64,000 nt of DNA from Candidatus Latescibacterota bacterium (lineage in GTDB: Bacteria; Latescibacterota; UBA2968; UBA8231). The stretch covers positions 6,944,001-7,008,000 of the forward strand of contig OZ244561.1 of the NCBI GenBank assembly GCA_965217585.1, given 5' to 3'. A program made the position numbers and the translations under genes. The notes under the pieces were generated by a model. That model saw only the letters and a list, made by a program, of their open reading frames with translations, did not search any database and was not told the origin of the DNA. Every line of letters begins with the position of its first letter. The stretch's first letter is position 1. Shown in pieces: positions 19,148-28,640 of the stretch.

Positions 19148-21817
19148 ATGAGACCGACACTCAAGGTATTTTGTGGTCTCCTCGTGGCTCTGGGGAACCT
19201 GGGCGGAGGGCCGGTGCTGGGACAGCCCGACTACGGCACGCGGTTGGGATTGGGCCAAGGCCTGGATCTCAGTTTTGAGCCCCAGGGCCCCGGGGTCATG
19301 CTGGGTGCTCTGGACCCGGCTGTGCGTCGCTGGTACGTGCCCCAGGAGCTTTTTGCGGAATACCAGTGGCGCCAGTGGGAGTACACCAACTATGCCCGCG
19401 ACCCGTACCAGCGCTATGTTAGCACCGCCCTAGAGGGTGATTACTTCTATGATATTTACGGCAATTTCCTAGCGCGCGGCTGGTTGATTTTCAACAACTC
19501 CCAGATCCGTCCCCAGCAGTTCGGGAATTCTCTCTTCAAAGCCACCCGCTTTGACCGGTGGTTCTCAGGGGTGGTGATAGCGGCCGATCACAAGGGCCAA
19601 TATTACTACACCATGACCCTGAGCAACCGGCTCCGCACCATCCTGACCCCCATGGTCTTTGCAAAACCGCGCATGGATGCGGTCCAGTTCGACTTGGCCA
19701 CGGACCGCTACGAAGCTACCCTGCTCTATTCGCGCGTCAGCAGTCCAGGTGGCGTCGATACCGACAACGAGGAACTCCTGCGGACCAACAATACTACCTT
19801 GGTGGGAGGACGCTTGGTCTTTCGAGTGGGGGACTTTGTAAAGGTAGGAGGGCACGTGGTTAATGCCCACCAATCCAATACCCTGTCGGACAAAATGGCG
19901 TGGAATCCCTTTACCGGCGGACTGACCGTGGACCAGAACCGCTCGATCAGTCGAATCCAACTGGTGCTGCGGGACGATTCGCCCGCAGATGGAAGAGGGG
20001 GAGCCGCCTTTTTTGCGGCCGGTTCGGACATCATCATCACCTACCGGGATGGCACAGTCGAAAAAGGCAAGGATATCCGCTTCAAACCCGTTGTAGAGGG
20101 AGGGTTTGTGCAGCAGGGTTTTATTGCGGCCGACGGCAACGAAGAGATCCGCCTACTCTACGACTTCGACAGCCCCGCCTTTCTGGACCGGACCAATTTT
20201 TCCAAAAGCGAAATCGCCGGGGTGGCGTTCCAGTTGCAGATGGGCAACGACTACCAGATCTGGATGACCTCAGACCGGCAGACGGACGACAACGGACAAC
20301 CGGTTCTCCTGCTGGTCGCCCGGGCCGAAGGCAATGTCCAGGATCTCACTAACCTGCAGACTGTGTACTTTGAAAGCGGCCTGCCCACGGCCACCCACAT
20401 TGCGGGGGGTAGCGTGGAAGTGCGCGACCTGCTGGGGTTCGACTTCTACGGCGAATACGACCTGAGCTGGAGCTTCCGCAAGTACCCCAATACCCTCGAA
20501 GAGACGCACAAGACCTCTGCGGGCATCAAAGGCAAGGAGAGCGCGCCAGCCTGGATGGTAAACCTATCTAAGAAGGCATATCCGTGGTTCGCATTCGGCG
20601 AGGTCTACAGCATGGATCCATTTTACAATACCCGAACCTTTGTCACCTCGGGCACGGGCGAGATCGACTACGCCAGCGAACGCCGGAGCGTGATGGAATT
20701 CGTCGAAGACAACGACGATCAGGACAGGATTCCGGATACCGTGCGCTTTGACTGGTTGGCCGGCGACAATACGGTCTTCCCCGGATGGGACCAAAACAAC
20801 GATTTCATCCCGGACTTCAACCAAAACGACAACTTTGAGCGCATAAACGCCGTGCCGGATTACGAAGAGCCCTTTTTTCGCTTCGGGGTAGACCGGCCCG
20901 AATTCCTCTTTGGCGTGGATCTGAATCACAATTTCTGGATTGACCAGTACGAAAACGACGAAGAGCCCGACTACCCCTATCGCAAGGATCACAGGGGGTT
21001 CAACCTCTACGGCGGGGCCCATATCACGCCCGGAGCAAAGCTGGTGATAGGGGCGCTGCGCGAGGAGTTGATCTCGGCGCACAAAAAGAACCACAGCACC
21101 TATGCCTTGCTGAGCCTCGAAGAAGACCTACCCCGCTATGGCCGCATACGGTTTTTCGAGATGATCCAGCGAGTCGAAGACGATATACCCAATCCGCTCC
21201 TGCAGTGGTCGCCGAACAACTCTCTGCAGGGTGGCGAACTCGTCAAGGTAGAGGATCCACTCCTGGCGCGGGACACTTGGGTGAATCACGTCTTCCTAGG
21301 GCACGTCCTGCAAGCGTCCTCTCTGTTTGCCATGAGCAAAATAAACTACGCGCTCTTCCTCCAGCGCACGAGCGAGAGCCAACGCCGGGAACTGGAACTG
21401 GACGCCGCGGATTTCTTCTTCGGGGCGATCAGCAAGGTGAGCTATCGCCATTCCCTGGGCTCCTTCATTTTTGAGCCGCGCTGGAAGAGTGAGTTCACCA
21501 AACAGACCCGCACTTTGTTCACCTTGGAAGAGCGCACCACCCTGAGCGAGTTGGTGGCGGGGCTAGTCGAAACCAATATCCTGCGGGCTACCCGGGTGCA
21601 GCTCGGGCTCGAATATCTGTTTTTTAACGATTTTGATGGAGATGTGCGGGATTTTAACTCGCTGACCTTGGCCCTGCAGTTCACCAATGAATCGAATTAC
21701 CTAGGTTACCGGCTGCGCGCCCTAGTGGGCACGGTGTTGGAACGAAAGGATTTCAAGGAGATGGAGTCCCGAACTACGAATCATTCGTTTATAACCATTT
21801 ATGCGGGTTTGGAATAG
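19148..21817 (+). CDS. Uncharacterised exported protein, putative outer-membrane beta-barrel (cassette family A, copy 1)
   Basis: Signal peptide followed by DYGTRLG, amphipathic beta-strands in the C-terminal part, acidic DNDDQDR/DQNND loops, and the ending FITIYAGLE. Two paralogs are in the window. Confidence 0.7.
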   Translation: MRPTLKVFCGLLVALGNLGGGPVLGQPDYGTRLGLGQGLDLSFEPQGPGVMLGALDPAVRRWYVPQELFAEYQWRQWEYTNYARDPYQRYVSTALEGDYFYDIYGNFLARGWLIFNNSQIRPQQFGNSLFKATRFDRWFSGVVIAADHKGQYYYTMTLSNRLRTILTPMVFAKPRMDAVQFDLATDRYEATLLYSRVSSPGGVDTDNEELLRTNNTTLVGGRLVFRVGDFVKVGGHVVNAHQSNTLSDKMAWNPFTGGLTVDQNRSISRIQLVLRDDSPADGRGGAAFFAAGSDIIITYRDGTVEKGKDIRFKPVVEGGFVQQGFIAADGNEEIRLLYDFDSPAFLDRTNFSKSEIAGVAFQLQMGNDYQIWMTSDRQTDDNGQPVLLLVARAEGNVQDLTNLQTVYFESGLPTATHIAGGSVEVRDLLGFDFYGEYDLSWSFRKYPNTLEETHKTSAGIKGKESAPAWMVNLSKKAYPWFAFGEVYSMDPFYNTRTFVTSGTGEIDYASERRSVMEFVEDNDDQDRIPDTVRFDWLAGDNTVFPGWDQNNDFIPDFNQNDNFERINAVPDYEEPFFRFGVDRPEFLFGVDLNHNFWIDQYENDEEPDYPYRKDHRGFNLYGGAHITPGAKLVIGALREELISAHKKNHSTYALLSLEEDLPRYGRIRFFEMIQRVEDDIPNPLLQWSPNNSLQGGELVKVEDPLLARDTWVNHVFLGHVLQASSLFAMSKINYALFLQRTSESQRRELELDAADFFFGAISKVSYRHSLGSFIFEPRWKSEFTKQTRTLFTLEERTTLSELVAGLVETNILRATRVQLGLEYLFFNDFDGDVRDFNSLTLALQFTNESNYLGYRLRALVGTVLERKDFKEMESRTTNHSFITIYAGLE

Positions 21818-21832
21818 ATTTGAGGCACAAAC

Positions 21833-23857
21833 TTGAATCCAAAAGGCAACGGAGGCAAACTTGCCTTGGAGGCCGCTGGTATTGGCCTACTGGCCCTATT
21901 TCTCCGGTTGGTCCACCTCCAGCAGCAGACCCAGAATCCTCTCTTCGAGGTGCCCGTGGCCGCGGCTCGGACCTTTGTAGCCCTGGCCCGGGAACTGCTG
22001 CGCCAGGGATCGTTGCCGCCGGATGCGCCGCCTTCCCTGTACCCCTTTTTTCTAGGGGGGCTCTTTTGGCTTTGCGGCGAAGCCTACGGGGCAGCCCGCT
22101 TGGTCCAGGCGCTGCTGGGAGCGGTCAACTGCGTGCTGTTGTGGCGCTTGGGATACGCGCTCTTTTCGTCGCGCCCCATAGCCCTTGGTACCGGGCTAGC
22201 AGCCGCTCTGTACGGGCCTTTGTTCTTCTTGGGCGGGTCTCTGCTGCCGCCCGTGCTAGCCGTTTTTTTTACTCTACTCTCCCTGCACGCCCTGCTGTGG
22301 GCCATGTCCGGAGAGTCGGTTTGGCGCTTCGGGATGCCGGGGCTGCTGCTGGGCCTAGCCGCTTTGAGCGGGGCTCACGTGCTGCTCTTTGCTCTAGGTG
22401 TCTTGCTCTGGCTCTGGTTGCCGGAAAGGAGGGGTTTGGGAGCTGGAGCCGGGCTGGTTCTGGGGCTGGCGGTGATCCTGCTGCCGGTTTTTCTGTGGAG
22501 CGGATGGGCGGGGGAAATGCTCTACCCTTCTTTCGGACTTGCGGCGCAAAACCTTTACCTTTTCTGGCAAGGGCAGGAGTTTTTGCCCGACCTGGATCCG
22601 TACTACGGACGCGAGTTTTCGGGGCTACTGGCCGCCTTGATGTGGAAAGGCTGGATAGGGTTCCCCTTTGGCCTTGTAGCCCCCTTGGCTCTGGTGGGCC
22701 TGGGCTTTCGACTCAGGTCGCCGGAACGCTCGCAGGCGGAAACCCCTATTCTCCTCTTTGTCGTCACTTGCTGTGTGGAAACCCTGTTTTTCGAGTGTAC
22801 CTCCGGCACCAGGGCAGTGCTGGTGCCGGGGTTCCTGCTCTTTGCCGCCGTCGGTATGGGGGAATGGAAGCGGGCCTCTTGGCCGCAGCGGGGCGCGGGC
22901 GCAGTTGCTCTGGTACTACTGGGCGTGGGACTAAACCGGGGTCAGATGGAAAAGACGGCGCAACCGCTCCAGCACCATTGGTTGGGGTACGCCTATGAAC
23001 AGCTAGATATGAAGGTCAATGCGGTCCGGGAGTACGAAAAAGCGATTTTCCTAGGAATAGAGCGCATGGACACTTATCTCGCCCTGGCCGGGCTCTACAG
23101 CGCCGGAGGGAAATACGATCGAGCCATCAGAGTGTACCGCGACCTGCTGCAGCGCTGGCCCGGAGAGTCCGCAGTGCGGCTGGCACTGGGGGACCACTAC
23201 GCGAAGGCGGGGCTCGCAGCCCAAGCCTCCACCGTGTATCGGGCGCTGCGGGAGGAGGGCGGCGATTCTGCGGTGTTGCTGCCGCGGCTGGCCCAGGCCC
23301 GTCTGGGCAGCCAGGATGCTCCGGGAGCCATTGAGGCCTACCGAGAATTGCTCAAAATCCAGCCGGAGAATGATCGGGTGCGCTTCCAACTGGGCATGCT
23401 CTACACCAAAGAAGGACGGATTCAGGAGGCCCAGGCGGCCTACCGTCCGCTGCTGCAGAATGCCGCCTGGGTGGCCGTAGCCGGTCCCCGCTTGGCGGAC
23501 CTACTGATGCGGACGCGGCAAGAGGCCGAGTCCGAGCAGGTGCTCATACAGACCTTGAGAGCTGCGCCCGACTCGGCACCGGCCCTAGCCCTGCTGGGCA
23601 AGTTGCTCTACGACCGGGGCCGCCACGAGGAATCCCTGCTGTATTTCGAACGCTTGCGTCCACTGCAGGCAGAGGATTTCCGCGTGTACTTTTATTTGAC
23701 CAAGCTCTACCAGGAGTTGGGCAGAGAGCGAGAAGCAGAGGAGGCCATGGACCTCTACCTCGAGTACCGTCGGCAAAAACACCGGGCGGATATTCAGCGA
23801 CACGCGCAAGAAGAAAGCGCCTTACTGCTAAAAAATATCTTAGGAGAAATCCATTGA
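21833..23857 (+). CDS. GT39/PMT-like (GT-C fold) membrane protein fused to C-terminal TPR repeats
   Basis: PSLYPFFLG..ARLVQALLG..AALYGPL pattern in a hydrophobic N-half, and a TPR-like C-half (LGYAY, LALAGLY, FQLGMLY, LLGKLLY). Confidence 0.65.
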   Translation: MNPKGNGGKLALEAAGIGLLALFLRLVHLQQQTQNPLFEVPVAAARTFVALARELLRQGSLPPDAPPSLYPFFLGGLFWLCGEAYGAARLVQALLGAVNCVLLWRLGYALFSSRPIALGTGLAAALYGPLFFLGGSLLPPVLAVFFTLLSLHALLWAMSGESVWRFGMPGLLLGLAALSGAHVLLFALGVLLWLWLPERRGLGAGAGLVLGLAVILLPVFLWSGWAGEMLYPSFGLAAQNLYLFWQGQEFLPDLDPYYGREFSGLLAALMWKGWIGFPFGLVAPLALVGLGFRLRSPERSQAETPILLFVVTCCVETLFFECTSGTRAVLVPGFLLFAAVGMGEWKRASWPQRGAGAVALVLLGVGLNRGQMEKTAQPLQHHWLGYAYEQLDMKVNAVREYEKAIFLGIERMDTYLALAGLYSAGGKYDRAIRVYRDLLQRWPGESAVRLALGDHYAKAGLAAQASTVYRALREEGGDSAVLLPRLAQARLGSQDAPGAIEAYRELLKIQPENDRVRFQLGMLYTKEGRIQEAQAAYRPLLQNAAWVAVAGPRLADLLMRTRQEAESEQVLIQTLRAAPDSAPALALLGKLLYDRGRHEESLLYFERLRPLQAEDFRVYFYLTKLYQELGREREAEEAMDLYLEYRRQKHRADIQRHAQEESALLLKNILGEIH

Positions 23858-25929
23858 AGAGGCGCGTACTATACTCGCTGGGAATGGCTGGGCTGCTTCT
23901 AGGATCGGATACCCTGGGCCTTGAGGTCCTGCGCTTTGGCCAGGGGGAACAGGTCACTTGGGAGGGGGAGATCTCGGGGGCCGAGGGCATTTCAATCATC
24001 GCACCGGAATACCGCACCGCGCTGGACCCGAATGTCACGGAAATTGGGGTTGCACCGGGCGACCTGATCGAGTTTGAAAATCCCGATTTCCCCAGGAGCA
24101 TCATGCCCCGCCGGGTCCAGAAGGAGCAAAATCTGGCCGTGGATGTGGTCGAGCGCGGCGGCAGCATCAGTGTCCCCAATGCGATCGACATTGTCAGGGT
24201 TCAGTTGGCGACTATCCTAGCGGGAGTCATTTCACCGGATCCCACGGGCAATGCCTTTGAGCGCAAGGGGAAGAAGATCTTGGGTACCCTGATCGTCTTG
24301 GATCTGGGGGCTCGGGTTGGGGTCAATCGGGTCCGCTTTTTCCCGCGCAACACCCTGTTCCCCTCCCCTACGACTCCCTTCCAAGACGACTTTCTAAAGA
24401 ATTTCGACCTCCTGGTCAACGACGGGCTGGTGCTGACCGATGCCGGTCTACCGATCTGGGAGACGTACCACAGCCGCCTCAATAATACCGAACCCATCAC
24501 AGTGATCGACGTCGATCCGCCGCGCTACCTCCGCTTTATCCGCCTGCGGGCTACCTCTGCGGTTCCCTTCGAGATTGAGAAGCTGCAGGTCTTTGGCGAA
24601 GGGTTTTTTCCCGCGGCCCAGTATCTCTCGCCCGTAATCGACATCGGCCTTCCGGCCAACTGGGGCCGGTTGCGCTGGGAACTGGAGGCCCTAGGCAATA
24701 AGAAAAAGGGGAATGTACAGATCCGCACCCGTACCGGTGCGGATGCGACCCCCTTTGTCTATAACCGCAAGCGAGTCGGCAAAGCCGATGCCGAGGAGAT
24801 TCCCTTTTCGGTAGATGATCCATCCGAACCGCTCTCCCGGCGAGACTTTCTGAAGCTGCGGCCCAAGGGCAACCCGGACGATGAATGGGAGCGTGGCTCG
24901 GTAGAGGAAGACTTGGAGAACTGGAGTCCGTGGACTCCACCCTATTCCATAGAGGCAGCCACTAGCGAGGAGGGCACGCGGATCCTTTCGCCCGGCCCCA
25001 AGCGCTATTTCCAGTTCCGCGCGGATTTTGTGAGCGAGGACCTGGAGTCGAGCTATGTGCTAAAAAATCTGTCCTTCGACTACACTACTCCGGCTCTGGC
25101 CGATGAACTGGTAGCCGAGATCTTCCCCCGAGAAGTGTCTGCAGCCACGGATATTTCCTTTGTGTACACCGTGCGCACATCAATGAACAGCGTCAATCTG
25201 CAGGGTTTCAACGGCCTAGAGATATTCACCCAAGGGCAGCCCGAGCGCATCGAGCGCATCGAGATCATCGACGGCAACAACCAGACCACAGTAGACCATA
25301 TCTTTGCAACCCAGGATGCGGTCACCGATGAAGGCGAGGTCGGCATCACCTCCTTTACCCACGAGGGATTCACCGTGCGTTTCCCTCACATACAGGAGGA
25401 CAATACCCTCCTGAAGATCTACTTTGTCAGCCGAATTTTGACCTACAGCAGTGCTTTTGCAGGACGAGCCTTGATCGTGGGAGGGGATACCTTTCAGAAT
25501 GTGGTCTCCGGCGACGCGGCCACCTTGGACGAGGCGGATTCTCCCTTTGATTCGGGAGTTGTGGTCCTGAGTCCAGCCGTAGCCAGAGCGGACCTGATCG
25601 GGGATTTCGACTTGGACGCTCCGCTACTAACCCCGAACGGCGATGGAGTGAATGACAGGTTAGAGCTGCGCTGTGAGGTCCTGACGGTGGTGGGCCAGGC
25701 CCACATCACCATAGAAGTCCTCGATCTCAGCGGCCGACGGGTGCGCTCCCTCTTCGACCACAAAGGAGAGAACGGGGTGTACGACAGGGCCCGTTTTGCT
25801 GAGTTGGGATGGGATGGCAGGGACGTGCAGGGTCATTTGGTGCCCCCCGGACTGTACCTGGTCCGGCTTGGGGTGGACGGCGATGCGCGCTCCAGTACTG
25901 CCTTGCGTACCCTAGGGATTACTTATTGA
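23854..25929 (+). CDS. Secreted protein with discoidin-like domain and FlgD-Ig/type-B CTD-like C-terminus (cassette family B, copy 1)
   Basis: Signal peptide, DLGARVGVNRVRFFPRN, WSPWT, SPGPKRYFQ, LTPNGDGVND and WDGRD..GHLVPPGLY. The start overlaps the upstream stop. Confidence 0.75.
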   Translation: MKRRVLYSLGMAGLLLGSDTLGLEVLRFGQGEQVTWEGEISGAEGISIIAPEYRTALDPNVTEIGVAPGDLIEFENPDFPRSIMPRRVQKEQNLAVDVVERGGSISVPNAIDIVRVQLATILAGVISPDPTGNAFERKGKKILGTLIVLDLGARVGVNRVRFFPRNTLFPSPTTPFQDDFLKNFDLLVNDGLVLTDAGLPIWETYHSRLNNTEPITVIDVDPPRYLRFIRLRATSAVPFEIEKLQVFGEGFFPAAQYLSPVIDIGLPANWGRLRWELEALGNKKKGNVQIRTRTGADATPFVYNRKRVGKADAEEIPFSVDDPSEPLSRRDFLKLRPKGNPDDEWERGSVEEDLENWSPWTPPYSIEAATSEEGTRILSPGPKRYFQFRADFVSEDLESSYVLKNLSFDYTTPALADELVAEIFPREVSAATDISFVYTVRTSMNSVNLQGFNGLEIFTQGQPERIERIEIIDGNNQTTVDHIFATQDAVTDEGEVGITSFTHEGFTVRFPHIQEDNTLLKIYFVSRILTYSSAFAGRALIVGGDTFQNVVSGDAATLDEADSPFDSGVVVLSPAVARADLIGDFDLDAPLLTPNGDGVNDRLELRCEVLTVVGQAHITIEVLDLSGRRVRSLFDHKGENGVYDRARFAELGWDGRDVQGHLVPPGLYLVRLGVDGDARSSTALRTLGITY

Positions 25930-25943
25930 GCAGGAAGACCGTT

Positions 25944-28634
25944 ATGGTATCTTCTGAGCACATAAAAATGGGCCTTCTATTACTCGTCGGCCTGTGGTGT
26001 CTGAGACCGGAGCCAGTGGTGGGCCAACCCGACTACGGCACCCGTCTAGGCTTGCAACAGGGGGGCCAGTGGCGCCACTTGCCACAGGGAAGCAGACCTA
26101 TGCTGGAGGTGGTGGATCCGCTAATCCGCAAGTGGTACTTGCCCCAGGAATTGTACGCGGAATACCGCTGGCGGCAGTGGGAGTCCACCAATTACGCCCG
26201 GGAATTCTACGGTCGCTATGTCGAAACCGATCTGGCAGGGGATTACTTCTACGATTTATACGGCAATTTTCTGACCCAGGGGTGGCTGATCTTCAACGCC
26301 GGCCAGACCAGCCCCGCAGAAAATGGCCATGTGCTGTTCAAGGGCCAGAAGTTCAGCGAGTGGTTTTCCGATGTGGTCATCGCCTCCGAACAAAAGGGCC
26401 AGTATCACTATGCCCTGACCGCGAGCAATGATCTGCGCATCATCTTCACTCCCCTGGTCCTGTCCAAAATCCGGTTCTCGGCGATCCAGTTCGACGCCTC
26501 GACGGACAAGTACAAGACCACGCTGTTCTATTCCCAAGGTGCGCTGCGCGGGAGGACGGATACCGAGCGGCTCCGCACCAATTCCACCACCTTGATGGGA
26601 GGACGTCTCGTCGCCCAGGTGGGGGATTTCACGGAAATAGGATTCCACCTAGTCAATGCCCACCAGTCCAACAGTCTGGACGGCAAGCTGGTGAGCAACC
26701 TCGTGGCGGGCTCCCTGACAGAGGGGCAGAACAAGGTGATTTCCTCCATCGAAATCGAGTTGCGGGACGATTCGCCCGCAGACGGCAGGGGTGGGGCGGC
26801 CTTTTTCCCGGCCGGTTCGGACATTTTCATAACCTATCGGGACGGCACTCAGGATGCGGGCAAGGACATCCGCTTTGAGCCGATCGTGGAAGGTGGGTTG
26901 GCCCGGGAAGGCTCGATTTCCGCCAACGGCGACGATACAATCCGCCTGATCTACGACTTTACCAGCCCGGCCTTTGTCAACCGGGCCCACGCCGACCGAT
27001 CCGAAATCGTCGCGGTCGAGTTCCAGCTAGCCCTGGCCAACGATTTTCAGGTCTGGATTAGTTCGGATCGGCAAACCGACAGGGTGGGCACCCCGGTGTT
27101 CCTGCTAGTGGAACGAGCCGAGGGCAATGTCCAGGACAAATCCAACCTGCGCCTCGTCAACTTTGAATACGGTCTGCCCACCGCCACCCACCTTCTCGGC
27201 GGGACCCTGAAAGTGCAGGATGTGTGGGGTATCGATCTGTATGGAGAGTACGACCTGAACTGGAACTACCGCAAGTACCCCAATCCGCAGGAAGAGACGC
27301 ACAAGACCTCTGCGGGTATCAGAGGCAAGCGCAAAGTACCAGCCTGGATGTTGAATTTGTCCAAAGAGGCCTATCCATTCTCTTTTTTTGCGGAACTCTA
27401 CAACATAGATCCCCTCTACGGTACCCAGACCTTCATCACTGCGAGCGACGGCACCATGGACTATGCCAACGAGCGCCGGCGCCTAGACCTGGTGGAGGAC
27501 AATGACGACCAAGATCGCTTCCCCGATACACCCCGCTTTGACACAGCACTTATCGCCCAAGCGGGAGAACGTCAGACCGTGGATCTCCAGGTATTCCCCG
27601 GCTGGGACAGGAACGGCGATTTCCTCCCGGATTTCAATCAGAACGACAGCAAACTCAAGCCCAATTCCATTCCCGACTATGATGAACCCTTTCTGCGCTT
27701 TCGGGTAGATCGGCCGGAGTTCCTCTTCGGGGTGGACATGAACCACAATTTCTGGGCCGATCTCTACGAGAACGACACCGTGCCCGACTATCCCTACCGC
27801 GTGGATCACCGCGGCTTCAACCTCTTTGGCGGGGTCCACCTGACGCCGCAACTGGAACTGAAGATAGGAGGCATGCGCGAGCAGTTGATCGCCTCGGAAC
27901 AGAAGAATTACAGCAACTATGGCCTACTGAAATTCGCTGGCAAATCACCGCGCTGGGGCTATTTGCGCCTCTTCGAGATGATGCAGTGGGTAGAAGATGA
28001 TATCCCCGATCCGCTGTTGCAGTGGGCCCCGGACAATACCGTGGATGGCGGGCGTCTGCAAGAGCTGGAAGATCCGCTTCTAGCGCGGGATACTTGGATC
28101 AACCAGTTCTTCGTTGGGTACAGCCTGAAGGTCGAGGCCCTAGAACTAGTGAACAAGGTACATTACGTATACTTCCGCCAGTTGATGGAGCAAAGCCGGC
28201 GCTTGCGCTTCGGGTTGGACAAGTCGGACTTTTTCTTTGGCCTGATCAACAAGGCGAGTTACCGCTACCGCCTGGGGCACCTGACCCTAGAACCGCGCTG
28301 GAAGAGCGAGTACCTAGACCAGAGCCGCAACCTGTTTGATGCCCGAGATCAAAAGACCCTCACCGAGCTGTTTTCCGGTCTGGTCGAGATGAGGCTGATG
28401 CACGCCTCTTCCCTGCAGATGGGGATCGAGTACCTGCTCTCCACGGATTTCCACGGCCGGGAGCGAGATTTCACCACCCTGAGCGGGGGGGTGCAGTTCG
28501 CCAATGAATCCAGCTACCTAGGCTACGTACTCAAAACCCTGACCGGGTTCGTGATAGAGCGCAAAGATCCCAAAGGACGAGATCCCACCACCGCGGTCCA
28601 GTCCTTTATCACCGTGTATGCAGGCATGGAGTAA
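25944..28634 (+). CDS. Putative outer-membrane beta-barrel (cassette family A, copy 2)
   Basis: Collinear paralog of 19148-21817 (DYGTRLG, WYLPQELY, LRDDSPADGRGGAAFF, EPRWKSE), ending FITVYAGME. Confidence 0.7.
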   Translation: MVSSEHIKMGLLLLVGLWCLRPEPVVGQPDYGTRLGLQQGGQWRHLPQGSRPMLEVVDPLIRKWYLPQELYAEYRWRQWESTNYAREFYGRYVETDLAGDYFYDLYGNFLTQGWLIFNAGQTSPAENGHVLFKGQKFSEWFSDVVIASEQKGQYHYALTASNDLRIIFTPLVLSKIRFSAIQFDASTDKYKTTLFYSQGALRGRTDTERLRTNSTTLMGGRLVAQVGDFTEIGFHLVNAHQSNSLDGKLVSNLVAGSLTEGQNKVISSIEIELRDDSPADGRGGAAFFPAGSDIFITYRDGTQDAGKDIRFEPIVEGGLAREGSISANGDDTIRLIYDFTSPAFVNRAHADRSEIVAVEFQLALANDFQVWISSDRQTDRVGTPVFLLVERAEGNVQDKSNLRLVNFEYGLPTATHLLGGTLKVQDVWGIDLYGEYDLNWNYRKYPNPQEETHKTSAGIRGKRKVPAWMLNLSKEAYPFSFFAELYNIDPLYGTQTFITASDGTMDYANERRRLDLVEDNDDQDRFPDTPRFDTALIAQAGERQTVDLQVFPGWDRNGDFLPDFNQNDSKLKPNSIPDYDEPFLRFRVDRPEFLFGVDMNHNFWADLYENDTVPDYPYRVDHRGFNLFGGVHLTPQLELKIGGMREQLIASEQKNYSNYGLLKFAGKSPRWGYLRLFEMMQWVEDDIPDPLLQWAPDNTVDGGRLQELEDPLLARDTWINQFFVGYSLKVEALELVNKVHYVYFRQLMEQSRRLRFGLDKSDFFFGLINKASYRYRLGHLTLEPRWKSEYLDQSRNLFDARDQKTLTELFSGLVEMRLMHASSLQMGIEYLLSTDFHGRERDFTTLSGGVQFANESSYLGYVLKTLTGFVIERKDPKGRDPTTAVQSFITVYAGME

Positions 28635-28640
28635 AGCTCT

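Noticed and set aside
19148-21817. SusC/TonB-dependent receptor call for family A
   Set aside because: No recognisable plug or TonB-box motifs and no SusD neighbour.
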